This document shows, in pieces, positions 10,134-19,609 of a DNA stretch of 64,000 nt (position 1 is the first letter of the stretch; every line of letters begins with the position of its first letter). The notes below the pieces were generated by a model. That model did no database searches, had not been told where the DNA came from, and worked only from the letters and a program-made list of their open reading frames with translations. The position numbers and the translations under genes were made by a program. Location of the stretch: the IMG/VR virus record IMGVR_UViG_3300031999_000001, positions 128,001 to 192,000 of that record. One strand, given 5' to 3'. This DNA comes from a virus. Its lineage: Duplodnaviria > Heunggongvirae > Uroviricota > Caudoviricetes.

Positions 10134-10673
10134 TTAACTTTCTGGTTCTCTACCCCTTAAATAAGGTGCTTCACTATCGTTTCCTGATTGATTTTTTGGT
10201 GTTTCTTGATTCCAAATTTCTTTTGCTTTATTATAAAAAGATTTTTCATCGCCAAAATTTTCACCAATTACTGGAAATGCACCCATTTTTTCAACAAGAT
10301 CAAAATCTTCAAGATGTTGAAGTTCTTCTGAACTCAACATTCCATCATAATCAGTTAAATCGCCATAATTATAAGCAATAGCATCTTTATAACCGGGTTT
10401 ACCTGTCACTACATTATAATTAATCTGTAATCTTTCATATAATGCGTGCCAATCAATTGAATTAAAATTACCAATACCTTGTTTATATTGTGGTCCGTCA
10501 TCACGTTCTGGTTCATCTTGTGGGTCAAAAGCATCAGGTTGATACTCTGTTCCCATTGGTTCACCTGCATCGTTTTTTACGGTATTCCAACCTTCATTCA
10601 ATTTTGGTTTAAATGTCGGGTCTATTTTTTGCATAACCTCAAAAAGTCTTTGTTTATTGTCTTTTTTAACCAT
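10134..10673 (-). CDS. Hypothetical acidic protein with shared leader (start probably MVKKDNKQRLFE at 10673)
   Basis: Leader KKDNKQRLFEVMQKIDPTFKPKLNE; this ATG lies directly after the upstream stop codon. Confidence 0.6.
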   Translation of the reverse strand: MVKKDNKQRLFEVMQKIDPTFKPKLNEGWNTVKNDAGEPMGTEYQPDAFDPQDEPERDDGPQYKQGIGNFNSIDWHALYERLQINYNVVTGKPGYKDAIAYNYGDLTDYDGMLSSEELQHLEDFDLVEKMGAFPVIGENFGDEKSFYNKAKEIWNQETPKNQSGNDSEAPYLRGREPES

Positions 10674-10674
10674 T

Positions 10675-11400
10675 TTATACAATTTCATTAAAACTATCTT
10701 GGACATCTATTTTTGATTTTTGCGGTAAATCATCAAAATCAGCAACAAACGTACCATCAGGTAATTTGTTTATGCCCTTTTCCATTTCTTTATTTCTTTT
10801 TTCATTAAACCAATTTCCTGACCAAAAATCATTTAAATTAAAATAATATGGATAAGAAACATTAGTTTTGCTCATAAGTTTTTCAGAATTGGTTGGTTCA
10901 CGAACTTCTTCAACATCAGCATTTAATGTATCTAATTTTGCATTTAATCCCTGAACAGTACTATCCAAACTTTCTAATTTATCATGAATACTTTTCATGG
11001 CTTCGATATTATGTTTAATAATATCATTTTGAATATCATCAACTTGTTGTTCTGGCTCTGCTGATGGCATTGGTGCACCCATACCCATAGGGTCGGTTGC
11101 TGTCATATCTACAGGTGCTCCATTTGTTTTTGTATCACCAGTTTTATCAAATGCTGGTATAGGAGCATCCATACCAATAGGTTGATCATTCGAAGGTGCT
11201 GGGGGCACTTCACCGCCACCCGGTTTTTCAGCATCTTCTTGATCACCAGCTTCATTAGTTAACGGAGGAACATCATCATATTCCTCGCCATCATTTACTA
11301 ATGGGCGATATTTGGGAGATTCGTTGATTATATAATCAACACGATGTTTAATCTTTCTTAAATGTTCTTTAGAAAGATTATTTTTCTTATCATTTTTCAT
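10675..11400 (-). CDS. Acidic Pro-rich/coiled-coil protein, possible head scaffold or internal protein
   Basis: IINE and LTNE sites, a low-complexity linker, a heptad segment and a YPY motif. Confidence 0.5.
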   Translation of the reverse strand: MKNDKKNNLSKEHLRKIKHRVDYIINESPKYRPLVNDGEEYDDVPPLTNEAGDQEDAEKPGGGEVPPAPSNDQPIGMDAPIPAFDKTGDTKTNGAPVDMTATDPMGMGAPMPSAEPEQQVDDIQNDIIKHNIEAMKSIHDKLESLDSTVQGLNAKLDTLNADVEEVREPTNSEKLMSKTNVSYPYYFNLNDFWSGNWFNEKRNKEMEKGINKLPDGTFVADFDDLPQKSKIDVQDSFNEIV

Positions 11401-11415
11401 TGTTAATGAATGTTA

Positions 11416-11607
11416 TTAATACCACTCTCTAAGTAATAGTTTTCCGTCCTTTGTTATATAAACTTTATCAACACGCTCGATAAGTCCTTCTCTTTCATCG
11501 AGAACAACTTTTTTTGCGTTTTCTTTTTTTGCTTTTTCTGCTAATTCTTCTTCAGTTTCAGGAGTTTCAACAAAATTTTCAAGTGCTTTTTCTACATTGT
11601 CTTCCAT
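11416..11607 (-). CDS. Small hypothetical protein heading a late operon
   Basis: 63-aa ORF preceded by tandem GTATTTAT motifs. Confidence 0.55.
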   Translation of the reverse strand: MEDNVEKALENFVETPETEEELAEKAKKENAKKVVLDEREGLIERVDKVYITKDGKLLLREWY

Positions 11608-11627
11608 AGCGTTATAATTTATTTAAT

Positions 11628-11646
11628 ATAAATACTCAATAAATAC
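11628..11646 (-). promoter_or_regulatory. Two tandem GTATTTAT motifs
   Basis: + strand ATAAATAC at 11628-11635 and 11639-11646. Confidence 0.6.
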
Positions 11647-11714
11647 ATAAATATTATTTAGAAGCTGATAATCTTTTTCTATTTCCAATACCACCAATTT
11701 TTGTTTTTATTAAA

Positions 11715-12350
11715 TTATTTTGTCAGAATGACAACCATATATCTTTTAAGATACGAAAAATTTGGAAAGATTTTATATTGATTAAGATACATCTGCCCAT
11801 CCATATCATTTATATAAACAGCAGAACGTATAGAAATTTCTTCTTTTATTTCATCAATATTGAATTTAAAAAGGGAATACATATTTAAATTTACACCAAT
11901 AATTTTATTTTCCGATAATACATAAATCATTTCATTTTTAAAATTATATGTAACATCAATTTGTTTGGGAATAACATCCATTAATCCTTGTATATCGGCA
12001 ATTTGAAAAAAAACTGGGTCTAAATTAACATATAAATATTTTGGTTGAAAATAAAATTGCGGTGCTAAATTTACAAAACTTTCAACACCTTTAACATGTG
12101 AAGATTTACTTTCTTCAAAATTAAATTCCCAATACAATTCATTAGTTACAATTTTCTTATGAAGAATATCTGCATGTTGTATTAATTCATTATTTGAATT
12201 ACATGCTTTCATGAATGACCATCCAACATATAATGTTGGCAATGTTTTGTCGAGTTTTCGATATTCTGTTAATTCATTAATATAATTAACATACTCAACT
12301 TTTGTGTGATTTACCAGTTCCTTTTCATAAATAATGTTAGCAATTTTCAT
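11715..12350 (-). CDS. Hypothetical protein
   Basis: 211-aa ORF (LPTLYVGW); no family recognised. Confidence 0.55.
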   Translation of the reverse strand: MKIANIIYEKELVNHTKVEYVNYINELTEYRKLDKTLPTLYVGWSFMKACNSNNELIQHADILHKKIVTNELYWEFNFEESKSSHVKGVESFVNLAPQFYFQPKYLYVNLDPVFFQIADIQGLMDVIPKQIDVTYNFKNEMIYVLSENKIIGVNLNMYSLFKFNIDEIKEEISIRSAVYINDMDGQMYLNQYKIFPNFSYLKRYMVVILTK

Positions 12351-12606
12351 ATTGTGCTTTATAGTTATTCACATTTTCTCCAAATACTTTAATAATGGTT
12401 TTCAAGTCTTCAACTGAATCTGGACTAAAATAAAATGCTGCACCCATTAAAAAAATATTATGGTCACTAAAATAATTCACCAAGCATGGAAATTTAAACC
12501 CATAAATATCCTTTTCTGTTATTTCAAGTACGTAATGCTCAATATCCACATTATATTTGAATCCTAATTCAGTTAATTCCTCTTTTGTTGGTTTATATTT
12601 TTTCAT
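12337..12606 (-). CDS. Hypothetical protein (start probably MKKYKPT)
   Basis: Short ORF overlapping the next gene. Confidence 0.5.
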   Translation of the reverse strand: MKKYKPTKEELTELGFKYNVDIEHYVLEITEKDIYGFKFPCLVNYFSDHNIFLMGAAFYFSPDSVEDLKTIIKVFGENVNNYKAQYENC

Positions 12607-12653
12607 TATTAAACATAAATACTTCATCCACAACTTTTAACACCATATTCATA

Positions 12654-12941
12654 TTAAAGTTCCTCAATCCTTTTACTTTTATCGTCAATCAATAAATCAT
12701 ATGCTGGTTTTTGTCTCATAATTACATCATGAAACTTACAACCCCAATCAATTAATTGTTGTGCGGTTAACTCTGTCCAATTTATGCCAGTATTTTGTCC
12801 TCTGGCTGACCAATAAATTATTATATTACCCTCATCGTAAAGTTTATTAATTTTTGCAATATTCTTTGGAATTGGCTTTGCATTATCGTAACCCCCAACA
12901 GTCGTACATATTGTACCGTCTATGTCACAGTATATCAACAT
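12654..12941 (-). CDS. Small HAD-superfamily phosphatase (capsule-biosynthesis phosphatase-like)
   Basis: DIDGT motif I, WSARG motif II, KP and IDDK motifs. Confidence 0.82.
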   Translation of the reverse strand: MLIYCDIDGTICTTVGGYDNAKPIPKNIAKINKLYDEGNIIIYWSARGQNTGINWTELTAQQLIDWGCKFHDVIMRQKPAYDLLIDDKSKRIEEL

Positions 12942-12953
12942 ATTCTAATTGTT

Positions 12954-13733
12954 TTACTTAATTTTTTTTAAATCAACAATAACCACACCTCTTTGAGTTA
13001 CCACCCAAGAAGCACATTTATTTGCAAATCGTATTGCTTCACAAATATCATTATTTTCCATGAATTTTGCAACAAGTGCTGCAAGAAAAGTATCACCAGC
13101 ACCACTTAAATCCCTGACATTATGTTCATTTTCAATTGAAAATTTTTCAATTTTAATTTCACCATCATCATTATAATTTAACATTGCACCATCTTTACCT
13201 AATGTTATAATAATATCATTTGGAAATTCATATGTTAAATATTCTTTATTTTCATTATATTCTTTTTCATTAATTTTTATATATTTGATATTAAATGCCC
13301 ATTTTCCAATTATTTTTTTTGTATCCATAAATATTAAAGGATGATTTTCTGCAATATATATAATATCATCATGACTTAAAAATCCTTTATTATAATCGGA
13401 AATTATAATTGCAACATATTGATTAAAATCAATTCCTTTCAATTCTTTTGCCCTTAATGGTTTAATTTTATCATTTTCGTCAACCCTAAGTAACATTTGG
13501 TTTGAAACTTCATCAACATATCTCATTTTTACTGGTCTGATATCATTTGTAAAAATATCACAATGAACACCTAATGCTTTGAGATTTTCATAAACATTTA
13601 TTGCCATTCCACCATTACCAGTTGTTCTTAAGGGAAGAAAAATTGGTACGGGTGCTTCGGGACTTAATTTATCACATATTCCATATCTGAACACATCCTC
13701 ACAACTATCGCCAATTACTAATACTTTTTTCAT
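12954..13733 (-). CDS. PfkB-family sugar kinase, RfaE/HldE kinase-domain-like (heptose-7-phosphate kinase)
   Basis: VLVIGD, SPEAPVP, ISDYNKG and DLSGAGDTFLA motifs. Confidence 0.85.
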   Translation of the reverse strand: MKKVLVIGDSCEDVFRYGICDKLSPEAPVPIFLPLRTTGNGGMAINVYENLKALGVHCDIFTNDIRPVKMRYVDEVSNQMLLRVDENDKIKPLRAKELKGIDFNQYVAIIISDYNKGFLSHDDIIYIAENHPLIFMDTKKIIGKWAFNIKYIKINEKEYNENKEYLTYEFPNDIIITLGKDGAMLNYNDDGEIKIEKFSIENEHNVRDLSGAGDTFLAALVAKFMENNDICEAIRFANKCASWVVTQRGVVIVDLKKIK

Positions 13734-15208
13734 TTCTTATTATATTTCTTTAATGCTATTAATTGTTTTTTAATGTTTGATATTTCATAATCGGTTTCAA
13801 GCATTTTATTTAATGGTTTTTCCATACTAAATTCATTGATTTTTACTGATTTTTTATATACTTTTCTTATTGTTCTTAATAAATCACATTTATGTAAACC
13901 TTTAACACCAATTTGTGTAATAACATCAGAATTATCCCAATTTAACATTATTTTTTCGGCAATTTTACACCAAAACAATGTTGTAATACCATTCCAATAA
14001 TAATTAACATAACCATTCACTTCTTCTTTTTCATCAACACTTAAAAACCAATCCAATAAAGATTTATTTGAATTTAATTCATGCCCAATTATTGATGTTC
14101 TAATGATTTTGGTGTTCTTAAAATTATCAACAATTATTTTAGATATCTTAGCTTTACTTTTACCATAATCATCATTAGCATCACGTTCATCGGTTTTTTT
14201 ATATTTTTCTGGATATGGAATGTCTCCAGAAAATTCACAATCTGTTGAAGGATGAAGAACTTTTTTTCCGATAGATTCTAAAAATATTGGTAAATCAACA
14301 TTAATTTTATCATAATCTTCTGATTTGTATTTTTTTTGCGGTATTGCACCAATACAATTTATAATAAAATCAACATTACAATTAATTATAAAATCTTTAA
14401 ATTCATTTGAATCCCATCTAAAATCACAGACATATACGATATATCTATTATTAAAATATTTATATACCATATTACCAAGCATTCCATTATGTCCCAATAT
14501 CAGTAATTTTATACCTTCTTTTAATTTAAGTAATTCACGTTTTATTTTTGACATGTTTCTTATAATTCCATTCAGATTTTTACTTGTTACTGAATCATTA
14601 TGTCTTCTTTTATAAGATAGAAATTCTGGTACGCCATCAAATGGTATGTTATAAATTGTTGATTTTATCATCCAATAATAATCTTCTGAAAATTTTAAAT
14701 GTTCAGGAAATGGAAAATTTTTATAAACATATTTCGGAATGAAAATACCCGTAAATCCAATTCGTGATTTACACCAAATCGTTTCCTCAAATTTTTCAGA
14801 ACTCATTTTTTTTGTTTCTCTCTTTTTTGTAATATTATTATCTTTATCAATTATCCATGCATTATTATATAAAACAGATTTTGGAAATTTTTGCGCATAT
14901 TCTATTTTTATTTTTAATAAATCTTTATCAAAATAATCATCTGCAGGACACCAACACCAATAATCTCCATTACTTTCATCAAAACTTTTATTTATGATAA
15001 CACCAACATTATCTTGTTTATCTAATTTAAAAATTTTAACCCTTTTATCATTTTCATATTCTTTAATTATATTTAATGAATCATCGGTGCTGCCATCATC
15101 ATAAATGAGATATTCAAAATCCGTATAACTTTGATTTAAAACACTTTCTATTGCTTGCGCAATATATGAAGCATTGTTGTAATTAGATGTAAAAACCGAT
15201 ATTTTCAT
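13730..15208 (-). CDS. Fusion of a GT2 glycosyltransferase and an RmlD-like NDP-4-keto-6-deoxysugar reductase
   Basis: N-half: YNNASYI, DDGSTD, ADDY, EDY. C-half: ILGHNGMLG, NCIG, STDCEFSG, YGKSK, RTSIIG. Confidence 0.85.
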   Translation of the reverse strand: MKISVFTSNYNNASYIAQAIESVLNQSYTDFEYLIYDDGSTDDSLNIIKEYENDKRVKIFKLDKQDNVGVIINKSFDESNGDYWCWCPADDYFDKDLLKIKIEYAQKFPKSVLYNNAWIIDKDNNITKKRETKKMSSEKFEETIWCKSRIGFTGIFIPKYVYKNFPFPEHLKFSEDYYWMIKSTIYNIPFDGVPEFLSYKRRHNDSVTSKNLNGIIRNMSKIKRELLKLKEGIKLLILGHNGMLGNMVYKYFNNRYIVYVCDFRWDSNEFKDFIINCNVDFIINCIGAIPQKKYKSEDYDKINVDLPIFLESIGKKVLHPSTDCEFSGDIPYPEKYKKTDERDANDDYGKSKAKISKIIVDNFKNTKIIRTSIIGHELNSNKSLLDWFLSVDEKEEVNGYVNYYWNGITTLFWCKIAEKIMLNWDNSDVITQIGVKGLHKCDLLRTIRKVYKKSVKINEFSMEKPLNKMLETDYEISNIKKQLIALKKYNKK

Positions 15209-15210
15209 AT

Positions 15211-15879
15211 TTATTTATTTATTAATTTTAAATTATATTTACTTACATTAAAATCAGACCTACTACCTAATAATTTGGTCATATGAATATTATCACCATG
15301 TATTGTCAAAAGCACATTTAAATTATCTATTTTTATTCCTTTAATGAAAATTCCAATACTACCATGTGATTTTGAATATGGTATACATTTATATTCATCT
15401 TTTTTTTCCATAACTGAAATAAAACCACTTGTACCTGTTGCATTCCATGTTTTTTTTCCTTTTGTTATTATATTAATCATATCCATTTTTTTTATATCAT
15501 AATAAAATGGAAATTCTGTTTCAATTATAGATTTATGAAGATTTTCAACAAAATCATTACCCAAACAATTATCACTATCAATTCTTGTTGTTAAAACATA
15601 TTCTTCATCAATAAGTTCCAGTAATTTCGGTAATATTTCTTTAAGAATTTTATTTGCTCCTGATGATTCAAGCAATAATTGATATTCATTACTAATTTTA
15701 CCCACAGGTTCATATCCCCATAAAGTAACGAACTTAAAATTTTTATTAGTTTGCACTTCAATTGATGACCTTAATGTATTATTTAAAATATTAATTCTAT
15801 TATTAAGCCAGACTTCATCTTTTGATTGTGGAAGCCATTTAATATTAACTCTACTAACAATTAAATGTGTAAATTTCAT
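15211..15879 (-). CDS. Putative rhamnosyltransferase-like GT-A protein
   Basis: SIEVQTNKNF, TTRIDSDN and IHGDN motifs. Confidence 0.6.
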   Translation of the reverse strand: MKFTHLIVSRVNIKWLPQSKDEVWLNNRINILNNTLRSSIEVQTNKNFKFVTLWGYEPVGKISNEYQLLLESSGANKILKEILPKLLELIDEEYVLTTRIDSDNCLGNDFVENLHKSIIETEFPFYYDIKKMDMINIITKGKKTWNATGTSGFISVMEKKDEYKCIPYSKSHGSIGIFIKGIKIDNLNVLLTIHGDNIHMTKLLGSRSDFNVSKYNLKLINK

Positions 15880-15882
15880 ATT

Positions 15883-16884
15883 TTACTTTATTAAAAAACC
15901 ACCCTCAAATAATAATTCACGTAAATAATTTTTATCCTTTATATTATCTGCCGATGAAAATGTTTTAAAATTTACTTTTTTATGATTATTTAAGTACGTA
16001 TATTCTTTATTTATTTTTATTGATGGTAATATAATATAATAATTTTCATAAAATTTATATGAATTCACTGATTCGTGTTCAGATATTAATATTTCATGTA
16101 CTTTCTCACCCTCTCTAATGCCAATCTCTTCAATTTTTGTATCTGAATTTCCATAATATTCAATCAACACCTTTGCTAAATCACTAATATAAAATGATGG
16201 CATATTCATTACAAAAGTTTCACCACCAATGCTATGTTCAGCAGCTTCAAATAATAAAAAAATTGCTTGAGATAATGTAAGAAAAAATCTGGTCATTGTC
16301 TTATCAGTAATTGTTACTTTATTTTGTGTTTTAATTTGATTAATAAAATGTGGAACAACACTACCATTTGAACCCAAAACATTACCACCCCTAATACAAA
16401 CAAAATCAGTATTATTTGTTAAATTATTTGCCTGAATTGTAAGTTTTTCACCAACCGATTTTGTCATTCCATATAAATTCGTTGGTGAAACCGCTTTATC
16501 TGTTGAAATATCAACAAACTTTTTAACTCCATACTTAATAGCAGAATTAATTAAATTTATTGTTCCAATAATATTAGTTTTTATTGCTTCTTGTGGTTGA
16601 TTTTCACAAACAGGAACATGTTTTAATGCTGCGAGATGAAAAACATAATTAATATTTTTATGATTAAATAATCTATCAACAGCATCCGCATCACGAACAT
16701 CACCAATAATATATTCAATTTTATTATTATTAAATTTTCTCAGCATGTTTACTTGTGCAAGTTCACCACGAGAATATATAATTATTTTTTTTGGGTCTTT
16801 CTCCAAAAGTTGTAATGTTAATTCATTTCCCCATGAACCCGAACCACCATCAATTAAAATTATTTTGTTTTCAAACATAATCAT
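15883..16884 (-). CDS. UDP-GlcNAc 4,6-dehydratase (FnlA/CapE-PseB family)
   Basis: GGSGSWG, GDVRD, HLAALKHVP, STDKAV, YGMTK, GNVLGSNGSV, MTRF and GIREGEK motifs. Confidence 0.9.
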   Translation of the reverse strand: MIMFENKIILIDGGSGSWGNELTLQLLEKDPKKIIIYSRGELAQVNMLRKFNNNKIEYIIGDVRDADAVDRLFNHKNINYVFHLAALKHVPVCENQPQEAIKTNIIGTINLINSAIKYGVKKFVDISTDKAVSPTNLYGMTKSVGEKLTIQANNLTNNTDFVCIRGGNVLGSNGSVVPHFINQIKTQNKVTITDKTMTRFFLTLSQAIFLLFEAAEHSIGGETFVMNMPSFYISDLAKVLIEYYGNSDTKIEEIGIREGEKVHEILISEHESVNSYKFYENYYIILPSIKINKEYTYLNNHKKVNFKTFSSADNIKDKNYLRELLFEGGFLIK

Positions 16885-17513
16885 TTATTAATTTTTATCA
16901 TTCTTATTATTTTAAATGACTCAGCATATTCCAAATTAGATGAAAAACCACGAATATTTGAATAACTCATTAATAGTTCTTTTGGTCTAAATTTTCTTAC
17001 TTGTGATTTATGTAATTTATATGCATTTATTTTATTTTCAATATCAATTTCTTCAAAATAATTTGGTTGAAATTCATTTTCACCCCAAAGTAAATATTGT
17101 TCAACCTCATAAACAAACACATTTGGTACAAAATAATTTAAATCATGTGGTCTTAATGCAACAATACAAGCATCATAAACTTCTTTATGATCTTGATTGT
17201 ATGAAAAATTTGGAATAAAAATTTCATTTGGTTTTAATTCATTAATAATATCAGTAATTTCATTAATTATCATTTCTTTTTTATAATTATTTACTTGATT
17301 AGTACCTATTCGATATTCAAAATTTAAAAATTTCGATACTGCATCAACTTCTTTAATTCTTTCATCTCTTCTCACAACATGAAATAAATCAATACCTAAA
17401 TAATAAACAAAAGAACAATTATTATTTTTTCTATTATTTAAAATTCCAGCACAACCCAATACTTCATCATCACAATGTGGTGATATTATTAATGTTTTAT
17501 ATGTCTTTTTCAT
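16881..17513 (-). CDS. PIG-L/LmbE-family N-deacetylase
   Basis: SPHCDDEVLG, NQDH, HKSQ and YAESF motifs. Confidence 0.87.
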   Translation of the reverse strand: MKKTYKTLIISPHCDDEVLGCAGILNNRKNNNCSFVYYLGIDLFHVVRRDERIKEVDAVSKFLNFEYRIGTNQVNNYKKEMIINEITDIINELKPNEIFIPNFSYNQDHKEVYDACIVALRPHDLNYFVPNVFVYEVEQYLLWGENEFQPNYFEEIDIENKINAYKLHKSQVRKFRPKELLMSYSNIRGFSSNLEYAESFKIIRMIKINK

Positions 17514-18162
17514 ATTCAATAATTTTTAATATAATTTTTCCAGTTTTACAATTAATATAACATTCTGGATATGGTTTTTGTAACGAACGTACTTTATTAT
17601 AAAAATATTCAGCATCGTTATTTAAAAAATCTTCTGGTTTTATTTCAGAATTATTTGGCTTTAAACGTTTGTATGTTGTAGCTTCTTCCTTATTTTGTTT
17701 TATCCATAATATTGAATCATTCTTATAATTTTCAATAAAATCTTTTGTTCCTATAATACCAAAATTTTCTATTTTTTTTAATATTATATCTAAATATCCG
17801 TTTAATTCAAAATCAACCTGATAATATATATCACCATCATCTAATCCCTTTTCCATTTTAAATATTGTAACTGCTGAAAATTTTTCCCCTGCAATTATTT
17901 GATTTTGTATTGGTGTTCCGCCTCTATATTTGGGTAATTTTGATGGATGTAAACATAAACAAATATAAGAATCAACAATTTTCTGAGACACCATCCAACT
18001 CCAACCATAAAAAAATATAACATCTGGATTTATTATATTAATAAAATCAATTGTACATAATTTTTTATTTGTAATAAGTATATATTCATCTTCCAATGAA
18101 GATATTTCCTTAAAAATATTAATTGCCCAATCTCTATATGCAAAAAATAAAAATCTTTTCAT
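17497..18162 (-). CDS. Formyltransferase (Fmt-like; probable sugar N-formyltransferase)
   Basis: LHPSKLPKYRGGTP and MEKGLDDGDI motifs. Confidence 0.87.
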   Translation of the reverse strand: MKRFLFFAYRDWAINIFKEISSLEDEYILITNKKLCTIDFINIINPDVIFFYGWSWMVSQKIVDSYICLCLHPSKLPKYRGGTPIQNQIIAGEKFSAVTIFKMEKGLDDGDIYYQVDFELNGYLDIILKKIENFGIIGTKDFIENYKNDSILWIKQNKEEATTYKRLKPNNSEIKPEDFLNNDAEYFYNKVRSLQKPYPECYINCKTGKIILKIIEYEKDI

Positions 18163-18920
18163 ATTTTTTTATGTTTTTCACCTTCCTGAAAATGATACAC
18201 AATAGAATCATTTGAATTTATATGTTTTACACCAATTGAATTTAGTCTAACAAAAAATTCAGTATCACCAGTTCTTGATATTATATTATATTTTCCATTA
18301 TGTAAATTTCCTTCTGGATAATATCCAACCTTTTCAATAATATCTTTATATAGCATTATTGGCATAAAAAGATTTCCAATTGAAATACTATCATTTTTTA
18401 TTTCATTTACTTTTTTTAGAAACGCTTCTTCGTTAAAATTTTTTATTGTTTGTCCAAAATCATAATGTTCACAAACAGATAAATTAATTGGATTGGTAAA
18501 TCTATGATGAGGCTGTATTATTTTTGAGGAAACCACAACTTCACGTGTTAATCTCTTTTTTAAATTAACTAACCAATCTGGTGAAAATGCATTATCGCTA
18601 TTAATCAACATTATTATTGGATTATTAGACATTCTAATACCATAATTATATCCAGCATATACTCTACTTATATATTCTGGATATGCAAATCCCATATTAA
18701 ATAATTCTTGTTCTGTACGCTTAATATTATTATTTATAAAATGTGGATAATTTTTTTCTTTTAGAAGTTTTAATACATCATCAGTTGCATCATTAGCAAC
18801 AAAATAAAATTCTGCTTCATCGCAATTAAGTTCAGGTGTGTGTTTTATGAGATTATTATATACAAACTCGGCATATTCAACAGATTGATATATTAATGAT
18901 ATGATTGATATTTTTTCCAT
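18159..18920 (-). CDS. GT2-like glycosyltransferase
   Basis: ISIISLIY, INSDN, WLVNL, VGYYPE and VYHFQ motifs. Confidence 0.7.
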   Translation of the reverse strand: MEKISIISLIYQSVEYAEFVYNNLIKHTPELNCDEAEFYFVANDATDDVLKLLKEKNYPHFINNNIKRTEQELFNMGFAYPEYISRVYAGYNYGIRMSNNPIIMLINSDNAFSPDWLVNLKKRLTREVVVSSKIIQPHHRFTNPINLSVCEHYDFGQTIKNFNEEAFLKKVNEIKNDSISIGNLFMPIMLYKDIIEKVGYYPEGNLHNGKYNIISRTGDTEFFVRLNSIGVKHINSNDSIVYHFQEGEKHKKI

Positions 18921-18924
18921 AATT

Positions 18925-19608
18925 TTATTTCTTTGGTATTAACATTATTGAACATCTTGGCACATAATGAACTTTAGTATTATATAAAATTTTATTATTA
19001 ATTTTATCATTTTTTTTCATTAATTGACATATATACATATCTGGTAGATCAGTCATATATTCAACATCATATTTATCAAGAATATTATTATAATAATATA
19101 ATTGTTCCGAATATGTTTTTTTATTAAAATCAAACCAGTCATGAATAAAAATACATTTACTATGATTAATTAAATTTAAAAAATTTTCATTTATGAATTT
19201 TGCCATTTTGGTAGAATGTTCACAATCAATCAAGAACATATCAAATTCGTTATTTTTAATAAACTTTTGAATTACATCATATTGTTCATAAAGATTAATT
19301 TTTTCATATTTTATATCATAAAATATTGGTTGTAATGCAAAACTTGTGCGTTTAATTCCTAAACTATCAATAAATTTACTTGAACTTCCAGCACCGAATT
19401 CAACAACATTTGTTATATTATTTTCAAATATAAACCTTTTTAATATAAATAAATCAAATGGATTTATGCCGAAATTTTGTCCGATTAATTTTACAATATC
19501 ATCTAATCTATATTCATCAATAAAATTAAAAATCTTATTGAAAATATTCTGATAATTATATTTATAATTATTTGAATTTGATATTATTATTCCCCATTCA
19601 TCTCCCAT
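18925..19608 (-). CDS. Class I SAM-dependent methyltransferase
   Basis: VVEFGAGSSS, FLIDCEH and FIHD motifs. Confidence 0.7.
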   Translation of the reverse strand: MGDEWGIIISNSNNYKYNYQNIFNKIFNFIDEYRLDDIVKLIGQNFGINPFDLFILKRFIFENNITNVVEFGAGSSSKFIDSLGIKRTSFALQPIFYDIKYEKINLYEQYDVIQKFIKNNEFDMFLIDCEHSTKMAKFINENFLNLINHSKCIFIHDWFDFNKKTYSEQLYYYNNILDKYDVEYMTDLPDMYICQLMKKNDKINNKILYNTKVHYVPRCSIMLIPKK

Positions 19609-19609
19609 T

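Noticed and set aside
17497-18162. Methionyl-tRNA formyltransferase (fmt)
   Set aside because: It is shorter than Fmt, appears to lack most of the C-terminal tRNA-binding domain and sits among sugar genes, so a sugar formyltransferase is more likely.
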